Part shown: positions 12,197-24,289 of the stretch, in pieces
Layout of the letters: every line of letters begins with the position of its first letter
How positions within the stretch are numbered: position 1 is the stretch's first letter
NCBI RefSeq assembly: GCF_963921235.1
Contig: NC_086108.1
Span: 59,150,001 to 59,214,000, forward strand
Reading direction: 5' to 3'
Length of the DNA stretch: 64,000 bases
From: Mobula hypostoma
Lineage: Eukaryota
Position numbers and translations under genes: made by a program
The notes under the pieces: model-generated
Seen by the model: the letters and a program-made list of their open reading frames with translations, nothing else
Told to the model about the DNA's origin: nothing
Database searches by the model: none

Positions 12197-13196
12197 GGAT
12201 GGAGGAGCCAAGGCTTTTGTGTTGTGGTTTAGTTGCTAGGTGCGTTCTGTGTGGTTCTGCCGAACATTGTGGACCTGCTATGTTGGCACCAGAATGTGTG
12301 GTGACACTCGTTATCTGCCCCCAGCTTACCCTTGTTGTTAAACACACATGGCAGATTTCACTCTATGTTTTGATGTACACATGATAAATGAATCTTGATC
12401 CTTCAATCATAGAAACCCGACTGAGTGCTTGAGACATTCATTTCCACCACTACGTGTATTTCATGGCCACACTATACAACATAATAAAATGTATGGTAAT
12501 CATCAAAGCTATGCCAACAGCACACCCCAGTACTATGACTTCTACCACCAAAGATCAGGAAACAGACTTATGGGAACATTGCCTCTTACGTTTTCATCTC
12601 CAACTCACACACTATCTTGACCTGGAAAGATGTTTTCCAATATCACTGTCTAGATCCTGCAACTCTTTCTCCAATATTAATGTGGGTGCAGCTTCACCAG
12701 GATTTCCATGATAGTAAGTGGAAAATGAATAAAAAGAAACTACTCACTTAACCTGATAGTAAAATTGCATTCTAATACTTCAGTGATTCTACCTATTCTT
12801 TTGCCATGCAATCATGACGATTCAGCTTAAATACCTCTTAATCTCTCAATATTCAAAATGCCGAGGTGCTTAATGTGTTTAATAGATATATCTGGCAATG
12901 TCAGTGAGATGCAGCTTGTTGTACAAGTACCTAGTAATTATACTTGTTAGATTGCATGTACCTCTGTGGCACTATTACTGGGAACAATTTACTCTTTCAG
13001 CTGCATATCAGTCATGTGGACTGCTAAATGAAAATGACTCGGGGGATTCTTGGTTTGTTGAATGGAGGCACAAAACCAAGGTTGCTGTGCCAAAGATTAT
13101 TAAGCATTGGTTAAACCTCAACTGGAGAACCATGTTCAATTATGGGCAATGGAGCTCACTGACGACATTTTTCAGAATAATGCTTGGTATGAATAA

Positions 13197-14165
13197 AATC
13201 AGAATCAGGTTTATTGTCACTGACATCTGTACAACATGAAATTTGTTGATTTGTGCCAGCAGTACAGTGCAATACATAAAATGTTTTATCAGTTACAATA
13301 AAAAATATGAAATAAATAAATAATGAAAAAAAGACCAACAAATGAGATAGTGTTCATGGGTTCACCATCCATTCAGAAATTTGATGGTGGAGGAGAAGAA
13401 GTTATTCCTATAACATCGAGTCTCAGTCTTCAGGCTTCTGTACCTCCTCCCTGATGGTAGTAATGAGAAGAGAGCCTGTTCTGGATGGTGAGAGTTTTAA
13501 ACAGTAGGTCTCTCCTTCTTGAGGCATTGCCTATTGAAGATGTTTTCAATGACGGGGAGGGTAGTGCCCATAGGCAAGTTTGCTACTCTCTGCAGCTTCT
13601 TCTGATCCTGTGCATTGGTGCCTCGAAACCAGATGGTAATACAATCAGTCAGAATGCCCTCCACAGTACATCTGTAGAAATCTGTTAGTTTCTTTACTGA
13701 GATACCAAACCTCCTCGAATTCCTTAGGAAGTATAGCTGTTTGTGTGTCTTCTTTGTAACTGCATCGATATGTTGGGCCCAGGAGAGATCTTCAGAGATG
13801 TTGGCATCCAGGAACTTGAAGCTGCTCACTTTTTCCACTGCTTACCCCTTGAGGAGTACTGGTAAGTGTTCTCCAGTCTTCCACTTCCTGAAGTCCACAA
13901 TCAGTTCCTTGGTCTTAATAATGGTGAGTGCAAGGCTGTTGTGGTGACACCACTCAAGTAGCCAATCTCCTGTATGCCTTCTCATCATCACCTGAGATTT
14001 TGCCAAAAACAGTTGTGTCATTGGTGAATTTATAGACAGCATTTGACTGTGCTTAGCCACAGAGTCATGAGTAAAGAGATAGTTGAGCAGTGGGATAAGA
14101 ACGCATCCTTGAGGTGTGCCAGTGTTCAATAGGAAGAGATATTATTTCTAAATCCGGACTGACTC
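13197..14165 (-). mobile_element. Rex1/Babar LINE 3' fragment
   Basis: ORFs contain GTPQGCVL, KTKELIVDFRK, FKFL, YRCTVEGILT. Tail (reverse complement) atcagaatcaggtttatt. Confidence 0.9.
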
Positions 14166-14763
14166 ATCCATCCGTTGTGCCTGAGAAAGTGGTGAGTGGT
14201 GAGGAGCTACCTTCTTGAACCACTACAGTCTTTAAGGATGGGTATACCAACAATGCTATTAAGTAGGGAGTTTAATTTCTCCAGCATAGTTTCTGATCAA
14301 TGGTTACCAGCATATTGATAGTGGAAGATTCTATGATGGTAGTGCCTCTGAATGTCAGGGATTGAGAGCAGGATTTTCTCCAGATGGAAGTCATCCAAGC
14401 CTGGTATTTGTGAGGCAGGGATGTTACTTGTTACCTATGGGTCCAAAACTGGAACTTGCCCTGACCTTGCTGCATTTGGACAGCTTCATTATCTGAGAAG
14501 GTGCAAATGGTGCTGAACATTGTGCAAATATCAGTAAATATCTGTACCCTTCTGATCTTATGCTTGAAAGAAGGTCTTTGATGACACAGCTGAAGATGAC
14601 TGGGCCCAGATCATTAATCTGAGAAGCACTTGCAGATATGTCCTGTGGCTGAGATGATTACCACAACCATCTATTGAAGTCCCACCTCTCATATAGCAGA
14701 ATACAGTATATATCTGTTTACAATGGGCTTCCAGGCACACAAAAGTAGTTTCTCTTTTATTAA

Positions 14764-14989
14764 CGCAAACAACAGGAATTCTGCAAATGCTGGAAATCCA
14801 AGCAACACACATCAAATTTGCTGGTGAACGCAGCAGGCCAAGCAGCATCTGTAGGAAGAGGTGCAGTTGACGTTTCAGGCCGAGACCCTTCATCAGGATG
14901 AAGGTTCTCGGCCTGAAACGTCGACTGCACCTCTTCCTACAGATGCTGCTTGGCCTGCTGCATTCACCAGCAACTTTGATGTGTGTTGC
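14764..14989. mobile_element. Penelope-like pLTR insertion as a fold-back (inverted) repeat
   Basis: ~95-bp arms centred at ~14895. 14-bp TSD TTCTCTTTTATTAA at 14750-14763 and 14990-15003. Confidence 0.9.
14866..14897 (-). ncRNA. Minimal type-I hammerhead ribozyme core (Penelope-associated)
   Basis: Reads c-CUGAUGA-agggucucggccu-GAAA-CGUC-aac. The 5' strand of stem I is replaced by the inversion junction. Confidence 0.6.
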
Positions 14990-15099
14990 TTCTCTTTTAT
15001 TAATCTCCCTTTGACATAATTCCATTTTCCTCTCAGATTACTGATAACTGCAACAAAGATCTTGTAATGGCTTAATATAGACCTGACAAATCCTGAATA

Positions 15100-17692
15100 C
15101 AGTACAATCAAGTACCATCTGCTATATTTACCTGTGGAGTTCTCCTACATAATCCTGACTGCAATTTGCGTACCACCAGTGGCCAAGTATAATCAAGCAC
15201 ATGAGATACTTCATGATACTCTCTCCAAACATGAAACAGTCTATCCTGATGAATTTCAAATCATAATTGGGGACTTCAACCAGGCTTCTTTGAAGAAAAC
15301 CCTGTCCTATTACCATTAGCCTATAACCTGTAGCACAAGAGGTCCCAACACACTAGACCACTTTTATATTAAGATAAGGAATGCCGACTGTTCCATGTCC
15401 AGACTGCATTTCAGGAAATTTGAAAATTTGGCTACTCTTCTCGTATCTGCATATAAGCAGAGACTAAAGAGCAAGGCACCAGAGATTAGGACAACAAAGA
15501 AGTGCTCAAGGGGGACAAAGGAGTGGTTATGTGATTGCTTTGAGTCAGTGAACTGGGCCCTGATCAAGGACTCATATATGGATCTGAATGAGTACACCAC
15601 AGTTGTCACGGACTTGAATAAGCAGTTGTAGATGAGTGTGTCACCACAAAATCATTCAGTCTTCCCCAACCAGAAGCCCCGGATGAACCATAAGACCCAC
15701 AATCTGCTGAAGGCCAGATCAGTGACATTCAGGTCTGGCAACCAAGGTAGATAAAAGAGGTCTAGGTACGATCTCCACAAAAGTTATCTCGTGTAAAGTG
15801 GCAATTTCGGACTAAACTTGAATCAACTAAGGATGCTTGACACTTGTGGAAGAGCTCGAATACTATCACTTCTTATGAAATTATATCAAGCGACATAGGC
15901 GACAACAGGGCTTCACTTCCACATGAGCAGAATTCCTTCTTTGACCCTCAAAACATGGAGGAACTATCAGAAATTTTCATAGCCCTTGATGATCCTGTGA
16001 TTCCAGTCTCTGAGGCCAACATACGAGTAGACTTCAGGAGGGTGAACCCACGAAAAACAACTGGACCAGATGTGGTACCTGGCCAAGTACAAAAGACCAG
16101 TGCTAATCAACTGGCTGGAGTGTTCACTGAGATCTTTAACCTCTCACTTCGGCATCCTGAGGTACCTACCTGCTTCAAGCAGGCTTCGATTATACTGGTG
16201 ACTAAGAAGAACATGGTAACCTGCCTCAGTGGCTATCGTCCAGCAGCATTTTCATCCACAGAGATGAAGTGTTTTGTGAGGTTGGTGAATGAAACACATC
16301 GACTCCTGGCTGAGAAGCGACATAGATCCCTTACAATTTGTCTACTGGAACAATAGGTTCACGTAGAGGCCACCTCACTGGCTCTTCGCTCAACCCTGGA
16401 GTATCTGGACAGCAAAGATGTATACATCAGGATGCTCTTTATCAACTACAGCTCGACATGCAATACCATTATCCCCTCAAAACTAATCAATAAGCTCCAA
16501 CACCTTGGCCTCAATACCTCCTTGCACAATTGGATCCTCAATTTCCTCATTTGCAGACCTCAGTCAGTTCAGATGGGTAACAACATCTCCTCCACAACCT
16601 TTATCAGGCAGCTGCACCACAAGACCGTGTGTTTAGCTCCCTGCTTGACTTGCTGTACACTTGTGGCTGTGAGACTAAGCACATTTCCATGCCATATTCC
16701 AGTTTGCTGACAACATCACTGTTGTTGGCCAATTCAAAGGTGGAGATGAATTAGCATATATGAGGGAAATTAAAAATCTGGCTGAACGGTGTCATAATGA
16801 TAACCTCTCACTCATTGTCAGCAAGACCAAGGAGCTATTTATTAACTTCAGGGGGAGGAAACCAGAAGTCCATGAGCCGGTCCTCATCGGAGGATCAGAG
16901 GTGGAAAGAGTCAGCAACAATAAATTCCTTGGTGTTATTACTCCAGTGGACCTGTCCTGGGTCCAGGACATAAGTACAATTATGATGAAAGCACGGCAGT
17001 GCCTCTTCTTCCGGCAGAATTTGCGAAAATTCGGCATAATATCTAAAACTTTGACAAATTTCCACTTGTGTAGTGGAGTGTATATTGACTGGTTGCATCA
17101 CAACCTGATATAGAAACACCAATGCTTTTGAACAGAAAATCCCAAAACAAGTAGTGGATATGGCCCTGTCAATCATGGGTAAAGCCCTCCCCACCATCAA
17201 GCAGATCTACACTGAGCGCTGTCACAGGAAAGCAGCATCTATCATCACAGACACCCACCACCAAGGTTATGCCCTCTTCTTACTGCTGTCACCAGAAAGA
17301 TGGTACAGGAGCCTCAGGACTTCCACACCAGGTTCAGGGACAGTTATTACCCCTCAACCATCAGATTCTCAAACGAAAGGGAATAACTTCACTTGCTCCA
17401 AATCTGAACTGTTCCCACAACTTATGGACTCCCATTTAAGCACTCATGTTCTCAATACTTATTGCTTGTTTTTTCTCAGTTTGCACAGTTTGTGTGTCTT
17501 TTGCACACTGTTTGAACACCCGAGTTGGTACGGTCTTTCATTGGTTTTATTATGGTTATTATTGTATTATAGATTTATTAAAAGAGGACTGCGTGTCCTC
17601 ATAACCTAATCTAATTATGTCTGCAAGAAAATGTATCTCAGGGTTGTATATCATGACATATATATACTTTGATAAAAAATTAACTTTGAACT
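15100..17692 (+). mobile_element. Rex1/Babar LINE, APE+RT, many frameshifts
   Basis: ILTAICVPP/IIGDFNQ (APE), [16 protein letters not shown] (RT). Ends in aattaactttgaact. Confidence 0.9.
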
Positions 17693-17735
17693 CCCTCCAC
17701 GCACTTCTTCTGGCCTTTGCCCCATTCCATTCCAG

Positions 17736-19455
17736 TTCAGAATCAGAGTCAGAATCAGGTTTATTATCACCGGCATGTGACATGAAATTTGTTAACTTAG
17801 CAGCAGCAGTTCAATGCAATACGTAATCTAGCAGAGAGAGAGAAAAAATAATAAATAAAACATAATTATAAACAAGTAAATAAATTACATATATTGAATA
17901 GATTTTTTAAAATGTGCAAAATCAGAAATACTGCATATTTATAAAAAAAAAGTGAGGTTGTGTCCAAAGCTTCAATGTCCATTTAGGAATCGGATGGCAG
18001 AGGGGAAGAAGCTGTTCCTGAATCGCCGGGTGTGTGCCTTCAGGCTTCTGTATCTCCTACCTGATGGTGACAGTGAAAAAAGGCCATGCCCTAGGTGCTG
18101 GAGGTCCTTAATAATGGACGCGCCCTTTCTGAGACATGGCTCCCTAAAGATGTCCTGGGCACTTTGTAACCTAGTACTCAAGATGGAGCTGACTAGATTT
18201 ACAACCTTCTGCAGCTTCTTTCGGTCCTGTGCAGTAGTCCCTCCATACTAGACAGTGATGCAGCCTGTCAGAATGCTCTCCATGGTAAACTATAGAAGTT
18301 TTTGAGTGTATTTGTTGGCATGCCAAATCTCTTCAAACTCCTAATAAAGTATAGCCACTGTCTTGCCTTCTTTATAACTACATGGATATGTTGGGACCAG
18401 GTTAGATCCTCAGAGATCTTGACACTGAGGAACTTGAAACTGCTCACTGTCTCCAATTCTGATCCCTCTATGAGGATTGGTATGTGCTCCTTCATCTTAT
18501 CCTTCCTGAAGTCCACAATCAGCTTTTTCGTCTCACTGACTTTGAGTGCCAGGTTATTGCTTTAGCACCACTCCACTAGTTGGCATACCTCACTCCTGTA
18601 CGCCCTCTTGTCACCATCTGAGATTCTACCAACAATGGATGTATCGTCAGCAAACTTACAAATGGTATTTGAGCTATGCCTAGCCACACAGTCGTGTGTA
18701 TACAAAGAGTAGAGCAGTGGGCTAAGTACACACTCCTGAGGTGCGCCAGTGTTGATCGTCAGCGAGGAGGATATGTTATCACCAATCCGCACAGACTCTG
18801 GTCTTCCAGTTAGGAAGTCGAGGATCCAATTGCAGAGGGAGGTAACGAGGCCCAGGTTCTGCAACTTCTCAGTCAGGATTGTGGGAATGATGGTATTAAA
18901 TGCTGAGCTATAGTCGATGAACAGCATCCTGACGAAGATGTTTGTGTTGTCTAGGTGGTCTAAAGCTGTGTAGAGAGCCATTGAGATTGCATCTGCTGTT
19001 GACCTATTGTGGCGATAGGCAAATTGCAATGGGTCCAGGCCCTTGCTGAAGCAGGAGTTCAGTCTAGTCATGACCAACCTCTCAAAGCGTTTCATCACTG
19101 TCAATGTGAGTGCTACCAGGCAATAGTCATTAAGGCAGCCCACATTATTTTTCTTAGGCACTAGTGTAATTGTTGCCTTTCTGAAGTAAGTGGGAAATTC
19201 TGCCTGTAGCAGTGAGAGGTTGAAAATGTCCTTGAATACTCCCACTAGTTGGTTGGTACAGGTTTTTAGAGCATTACCATGTACTCCATCTGGATCTTCT
19301 GCCTTGCGAGGTTTCACTCTCTTTAAAGACAGTCTAATATTGGGCTCTGAGACGGAGATCACAGGGTCATCAGGTGCAGCAGGGATCTTCACAGCTGTAG
19401 TTGTGTTCTCCCTTTCAAAGTGTGCATAGAAGGCATTGAGTTCATCTGGTAGTGA
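17736..19455 (-). mobile_element. Rex1/Babar LINE, 5'-truncated, relatively young
   Basis: ORF 18562..19392 has LQFAYR, MLFIDYSSAFNTI, GAPQ, KFADD. Tail (reverse complement) cagaatcagagtcagaatcagg. Confidence 0.95.
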
Positions 19456-20611
19456 TGAAAGTAAAAGTCAAAAGACAGAGTAAAATTATTATCGAAGTAT
19501 TTACATGTCACTACTGACTACCTTGGGATGAGTTTCTTGCAGGCATTTTCAAAATGTTGGCTGTTACCTCCCCTCCATAGATGCTGCCTAATTTGTTGAG
19601 TCCTTCCAAAACTTTGTGCGTGCTGCCAAATATTTCCAGCACCTGAACGAAGAATCTTCTGTGTTTAAAAAGATTGATTGCTGTTTAGCATCAGACATAC
19701 CTTATCATCTTCAAAATGAGAAGAGCACTAAGTCAAGTATATGTCTTCCCTAACCACTATCTGTACATCAATTTCATTTCCTATCACAGATGCTTTCCTC
19801 AATACTGGTTTAAAAATAAATAGGGCCTGGATGGATTATGTGAAGAGATCTGGCACCCACATTTTGTACATATCAAAGAAACTGGAGATGAGATGAGTTC
19901 AAACTTTTAATTTCCTTTGGAAATGAATAGATCCACAAATAGGCAACAATTTTCAGAACATAGCCAGTAAGTGTAGAGAAAATCTCTTTGATTTTTGTCT
20001 GCTGTTGCTATGGCAATGTTAGAAAGCTGATATGATGAGAGAGTATTCACCAGTGCAAAGCGACACTGAATGCTGCTAGCTAATTGCACTCGCAATCACT
20101 CTAGAAAGGTTTCACTGTGCCAAGTACATAAGAAGCAACTACTGTTACCAATTTTGTCAATAGCAACAGCCAAGATATCTGCGAAGAAAACTTATGTTAA
20201 CTTTTGAAACAAGTCACGTAGCATTCACTTCTTAAAGCTCTGAAAGTGGTGCATTGCAGGCTGATCAATAAATCTGTTGTGTCAGCTGCACCTCCTGAAT
20301 GATTCCTTTCTGTCCATGAGTTGCCGGTGCTACCAGTCTAGTATTATCATTTCAATAGCTGCTAATTATGAGCAAGTGCTTCCGCTGAGGAACCATGCAT
20401 AGTGGGAAGTGATAATGCACTGCCTACAGATAAACTACTAATGAACAGCACTTCCCAATATGTACATCTGACAGGTGACTTCTTGTTTGCAGCAGAACCT
20501 CATTACATTAGCCTTCCTGAGCATAAACCCAGGCAACAATTGGTTATCTAAGTTACATTCTGACATTTCATGAGCATTATTCTGTACATTAAGTATAGAG
20601 ACTGCAACCAT

Positions 20612-20769
20612 ACAACACACACAAAATGTTGGAGGAATTCAGCAGGCCAGGCAGCATCTCGGCCCAAAACGTAGACTGTACATTTTTCCCTGCCTGGTCT
20701 GCTGAGTTCCTTCAGCATTTTGAGTGTGTTGCTCGGATTTCCAGCATCTGCAGATTTTCTCTTGTTTGT
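20612..20769. mobile_element. Penelope-like pLTR micro-insertion with inverted 5' part
   Basis: ~45-bp inverted segment joined to a forward pLTR end. 13-bp TSD AGACTGCAACCAT at 20599-20611 and 20770-20782. Confidence 0.85.
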
Positions 20770-20958
20770 AGACTGCAACCATGTTTTGTTTTCAAATTGA
20801 GTGGATGAGAAGGAAATTCTGATCATGAGCTTGGAAGTAGGGATTGTAGGCCAACTGTTCAGTGACATGCAAAATCCGTCAATTTTCATGGCAGGGCATA
20901 TTTTTAAACTTTCAATAGTCCTAGCTAGGGCATGCTCAGATTCGTTAGATAATGGGAG

Positions 20959-21026
20959 TGTGGATTTGACTACTCCCAATTAGTAGTCAATTAATTGCCT
21001 ACTAATTGGGAGTAGTCAAATCCACA
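20959..21026. repeat. 68-bp spacerless palindrome
   Basis: 34-bp arms TGTGGATTTGACTACTCCCAATTAGTAGTCAATT / AATTGCCTACTAATTGGGAGTAGTCAAATCCACA, one mismatch. Confidence 0.97.
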
Positions 21027-21054
21027 ATGTCTTAAACGTTTAAAATACAATGAA

Positions 21055-21390
21055 TATTAGAGGTGAAAGAGTACAAGCTGGCAGGAGATTATTGAAACCT
21101 GGTGAGGGGAAGGAGATGGGTTTGAAGCAAGAAGCTGGAAGGTGATAGGTGGAAGAGGTAAGTGGTTGAAGAAGGAATATAGTAAGAGAGGACAGTGGAC
21201 CATGGAAGAAAAGGAAGGAGTGAAAAAGGAACAAGAATTAGAATGGATAAAGATAGAAGGAGCAGGGAGAAATTACCAGAAATTGGAGAAATTGATATTG
21301 ATGTCATCAGCTCATTCCAGACGGAATATGAGGTGTTGCTCTTCTTGCAGCCCACTTGAGATGTATAATGGAGGCAAGTGTGCAAACTAA
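21055..21390 (-). mobile_element. Penelope-like 3' fragment
   Basis: Purine-rich block homologous to 49930-50330. Confidence 0.65.
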
Positions 21391-21689
21391 CTTTCACTGT
21401 ATTTTTATAAATAATATTAGCAGCACATTTTATTGTTAAACAAATCCACAGTTAGTTTTTGCACATTTGAACTTTATGAAGTTTTAAATGGTATTTTATT
21501 GAAGCAAAGTAAAATATCTTGAGCAAATTAGGGAGAAGAGTGATTAGACCATGTGAACCACTGTGATGTAGTTAACAAACCTCAATCAGATATAAACTGC
21601 CATAATAGAACTTGCCTGAATTGGGATTGAGAAATCTGGTACATTCTTGGAATATTCGATCATGTGGAAGCATACGTTTTGGAAATGTA

Positions 21690-23000
21690 CCCATCTGGCA
21701 TGATCATCTAATTTGTGTCTGGTTTCTGCAATGTAGAGGAGATCTTATCATGAACACCAAATGTAACATTTGATCTGAAGAGTACTTTGCTATTTCTGCC
21801 AAAGGGACAGTTTTTATCCCCCTATATTTGGAATGTCTGGTAAAAGCGCAGATGCTGCATCTCCTGAAGTTGCATGGGCGCACACTGTGACAACAGAAAT
21901 GGTTGATTGATAGAAAAGAGTGGACCACTGAGTAACAAGGGATTAGTCTCTTCAAAATGTTCAAAATTAAATGAAGGGGATAATGTCTTGTGAAGGTGGC
22001 AGAAACTGCAATGAATAATCCATGGAATGCAGAGGCTGGTGGTTTGGAAAGTGAGGGCTGGGAAACTGCCAACTCTGCCCGAACATCTGTTCTCATAAGA
22101 GAGGGTGTGGGGTTAGGGCACACATCTGAGGAAGAGAGAAGATTTCCACGCACTTGCGTGGAAGGTCTTGATATCAATCAAGATATGAAAGAGTTAGAGG
22201 AACTGGAGATTGAAATGGATTTCTTACTGAAGGCAAGGTGGGAGGACATACAGTCAAGATAGCTGTGTGAGTCCGCGGGCTTGTAGTGCCTGCTTGTTAC
22301 CAACCTATTCCGAAAAACAGAGTTCCAGAAAAGTAAGGGGAGAGTTGGAGATGATTCATGCGGAGTGAGAACAAGACGGAAATTGGCAGCAAATGTAACG
22401 GATTTTCTGAGTTTTGAATGAGTGCTGGAAATAGCCGCTATGCTGTTGCCAATGGACATGTTGAGGGTGGGATCTTAAGTAGCCCTGAAACCAGGACTCT
22501 ACCAAACACAAATGGCTGATACATACTGAGCTCATTCCCATGGCTACACCTTTAATCTGGAGAAAGTGAATGGAGTTGAGAAAAGTTCTTCAGTGTAAGT
22601 TTGGCCTGTTTAATGGGTATGTTGGTTGAAATGTACTGGTTTGTCTTCTATTCAGTGTATAAGAGATTCCTGTGTGGGATGGAAATGCAAAGGGATTGCG
22701 ACTCCATGACAGATGTGAGTACATTGATCCAAAAACTATCAAAGTAACGGAAGCCATGAGAGGTGTCACAAATCTGAGTGGGAACATACTTACCAAGGTG
22801 AGAAAAATATAGAATTAAGGTAGGAAGAAATAAGCCCCATTAAGCAACACAGATTGATACAATGTGCCTGACTACAGTCCTGTCACTGGATCTCAGACAG
22901 GAGGTAGAAATAGACTGTAGCTGGGGCTACAAGGCTAGAAGTTGTGGAAGAAAGTTTTTCTGTGGAAATAAGCTCAGAGCTCTATTTACCTGGTTAAATT
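21690..23000 (-). mobile_element. Degenerate Penelope-like element (RT thumb, Cys linker)
   Basis: YKPADSHSYLD..SSH in ORF 22178..22459 and RPCNFRRCSIC in ORF 21704..22177. Confidence 0.75.
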
Positions 23001-24289
23001 ACTGTGTAGGCCCGGAACTTTAAAACACTTTGGTGAGGGTGATGAGAATTAAATTCCAAACATCAACTTTGGAAATATTAGCATATATTTGAAAGTTGCT
23101 CTTTTGTGAATTGTAATAGAATATTACTTTGAATTAGATCAGTAAACTTTTGAGTATTTTCCAATACTTAAAGTGAAGTATATACAGAAAATATAATAGG
23201 AAATATCATGATGAGTAGAAACACTGGGGTGTGAAAATAAAATCTGTAATTGCTTCTTACTATATAATACTCAAAAACAATTTCTTGAAATTGTTGCTTC
23301 CTCAGAATTTTTTTTGTTTATGATGGACTACTTGAAACCGAGCACAAATCACAAATGTAATTTCAGACTACTTATATCATATAAGAATTTGAAGAAACAA
23401 GAAATTAGCTTTTATTGAATATATTGTGTTGAATTACATAACAGCATTAATGCTTTGCAATAGTTCAACTAAGATAAAAGTGTTTTGTCTCAGTGTCAGA
23501 GACTTCTTGGTTTTGGTTCGAGGTCGGACGAGGTGCGACAAGTGAAACGAATTAGTCAAAATATCAGCCAATATAATCAAGGTTTGCTCTAGCGGAGCGG
23601 CCTTGTCGAGGGAAGTGCCTTGTGAGAAAAGTGCAAGTCTTTATCTCGAGAGTCTTCGCCGAGGAGGCTGAGGGAGGAGACTACGCCACAGTTGGAGAGG
23701 GTGAGAAGTGGTGAAGAAATGACAGGTCAACTGATTCAGTGTGATGCTTGCATGATGTGGGAGGCCAGGGACGTTGATGGTGCCTCTGACTGCTACAAAT
23801 GTGGAAAGTGTGTCCAGGTTCAGCTTCTGAAGGACCGTGCTGAGACACTGGAGAAGCAACTGGATGACCTCAGGTTCATCCGGGAAACCGAGAGTTTTCC
23901 GGACAGAACCTACAGCGACATAGTTACACTGAAGATACTGGAAGAGAGAAGGGGGGCGATGATGAGGAAGGGATGGATGCTTGGAGTACAAGAGACCCCG
24001 GGGTGTGTGCCTCTTGAAAACAGGTTCACCCTCTTGGAAGCTGTCGGGACAGAAGGCATTGCCAGTCTGAGAGGTGGACAGGTCTGCGAGTCAAAAATTG
24101 GCACTGAAACAAAGCCAAGGAGACAGAAGTCAGGCAGAGCTGTGGTAGTAGGGGACTCCATAGTGAGAGGTACAGAAAGGGGTTTCTGTGGCAACAGGCG
24201 GGATTTAAGGATGGTGTGTTGCCTCCCTGATGCCAGGGTCCAGGACATCACAGACCGATTGCAGAACATCCTCAAGGGTGAAGGTGAAC

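Larger units (their letters stand above)
10695..12720 (+). mobile_element. Ancient LINE (CR1/L2 group) 3' part, split by younger insertions
   Basis: Decayed RT C-terminal coding segments at ~10700-10758, 11202-11395, 11915-12012 and 12430-12720 appear to read as one element once the inserts are removed. Confidence 0.55.

Noticed and set aside
11910..12384. His-Thr and Cys-Val repeat proteins (also at 46407-46822)
   Set aside because: Translations of (TG)n microsatellites.
20548..20983. Overlapping ORFs near the palindrome
   Set aside because: They run through a Penelope insertion, with no protein similarity or splice support that I can see.
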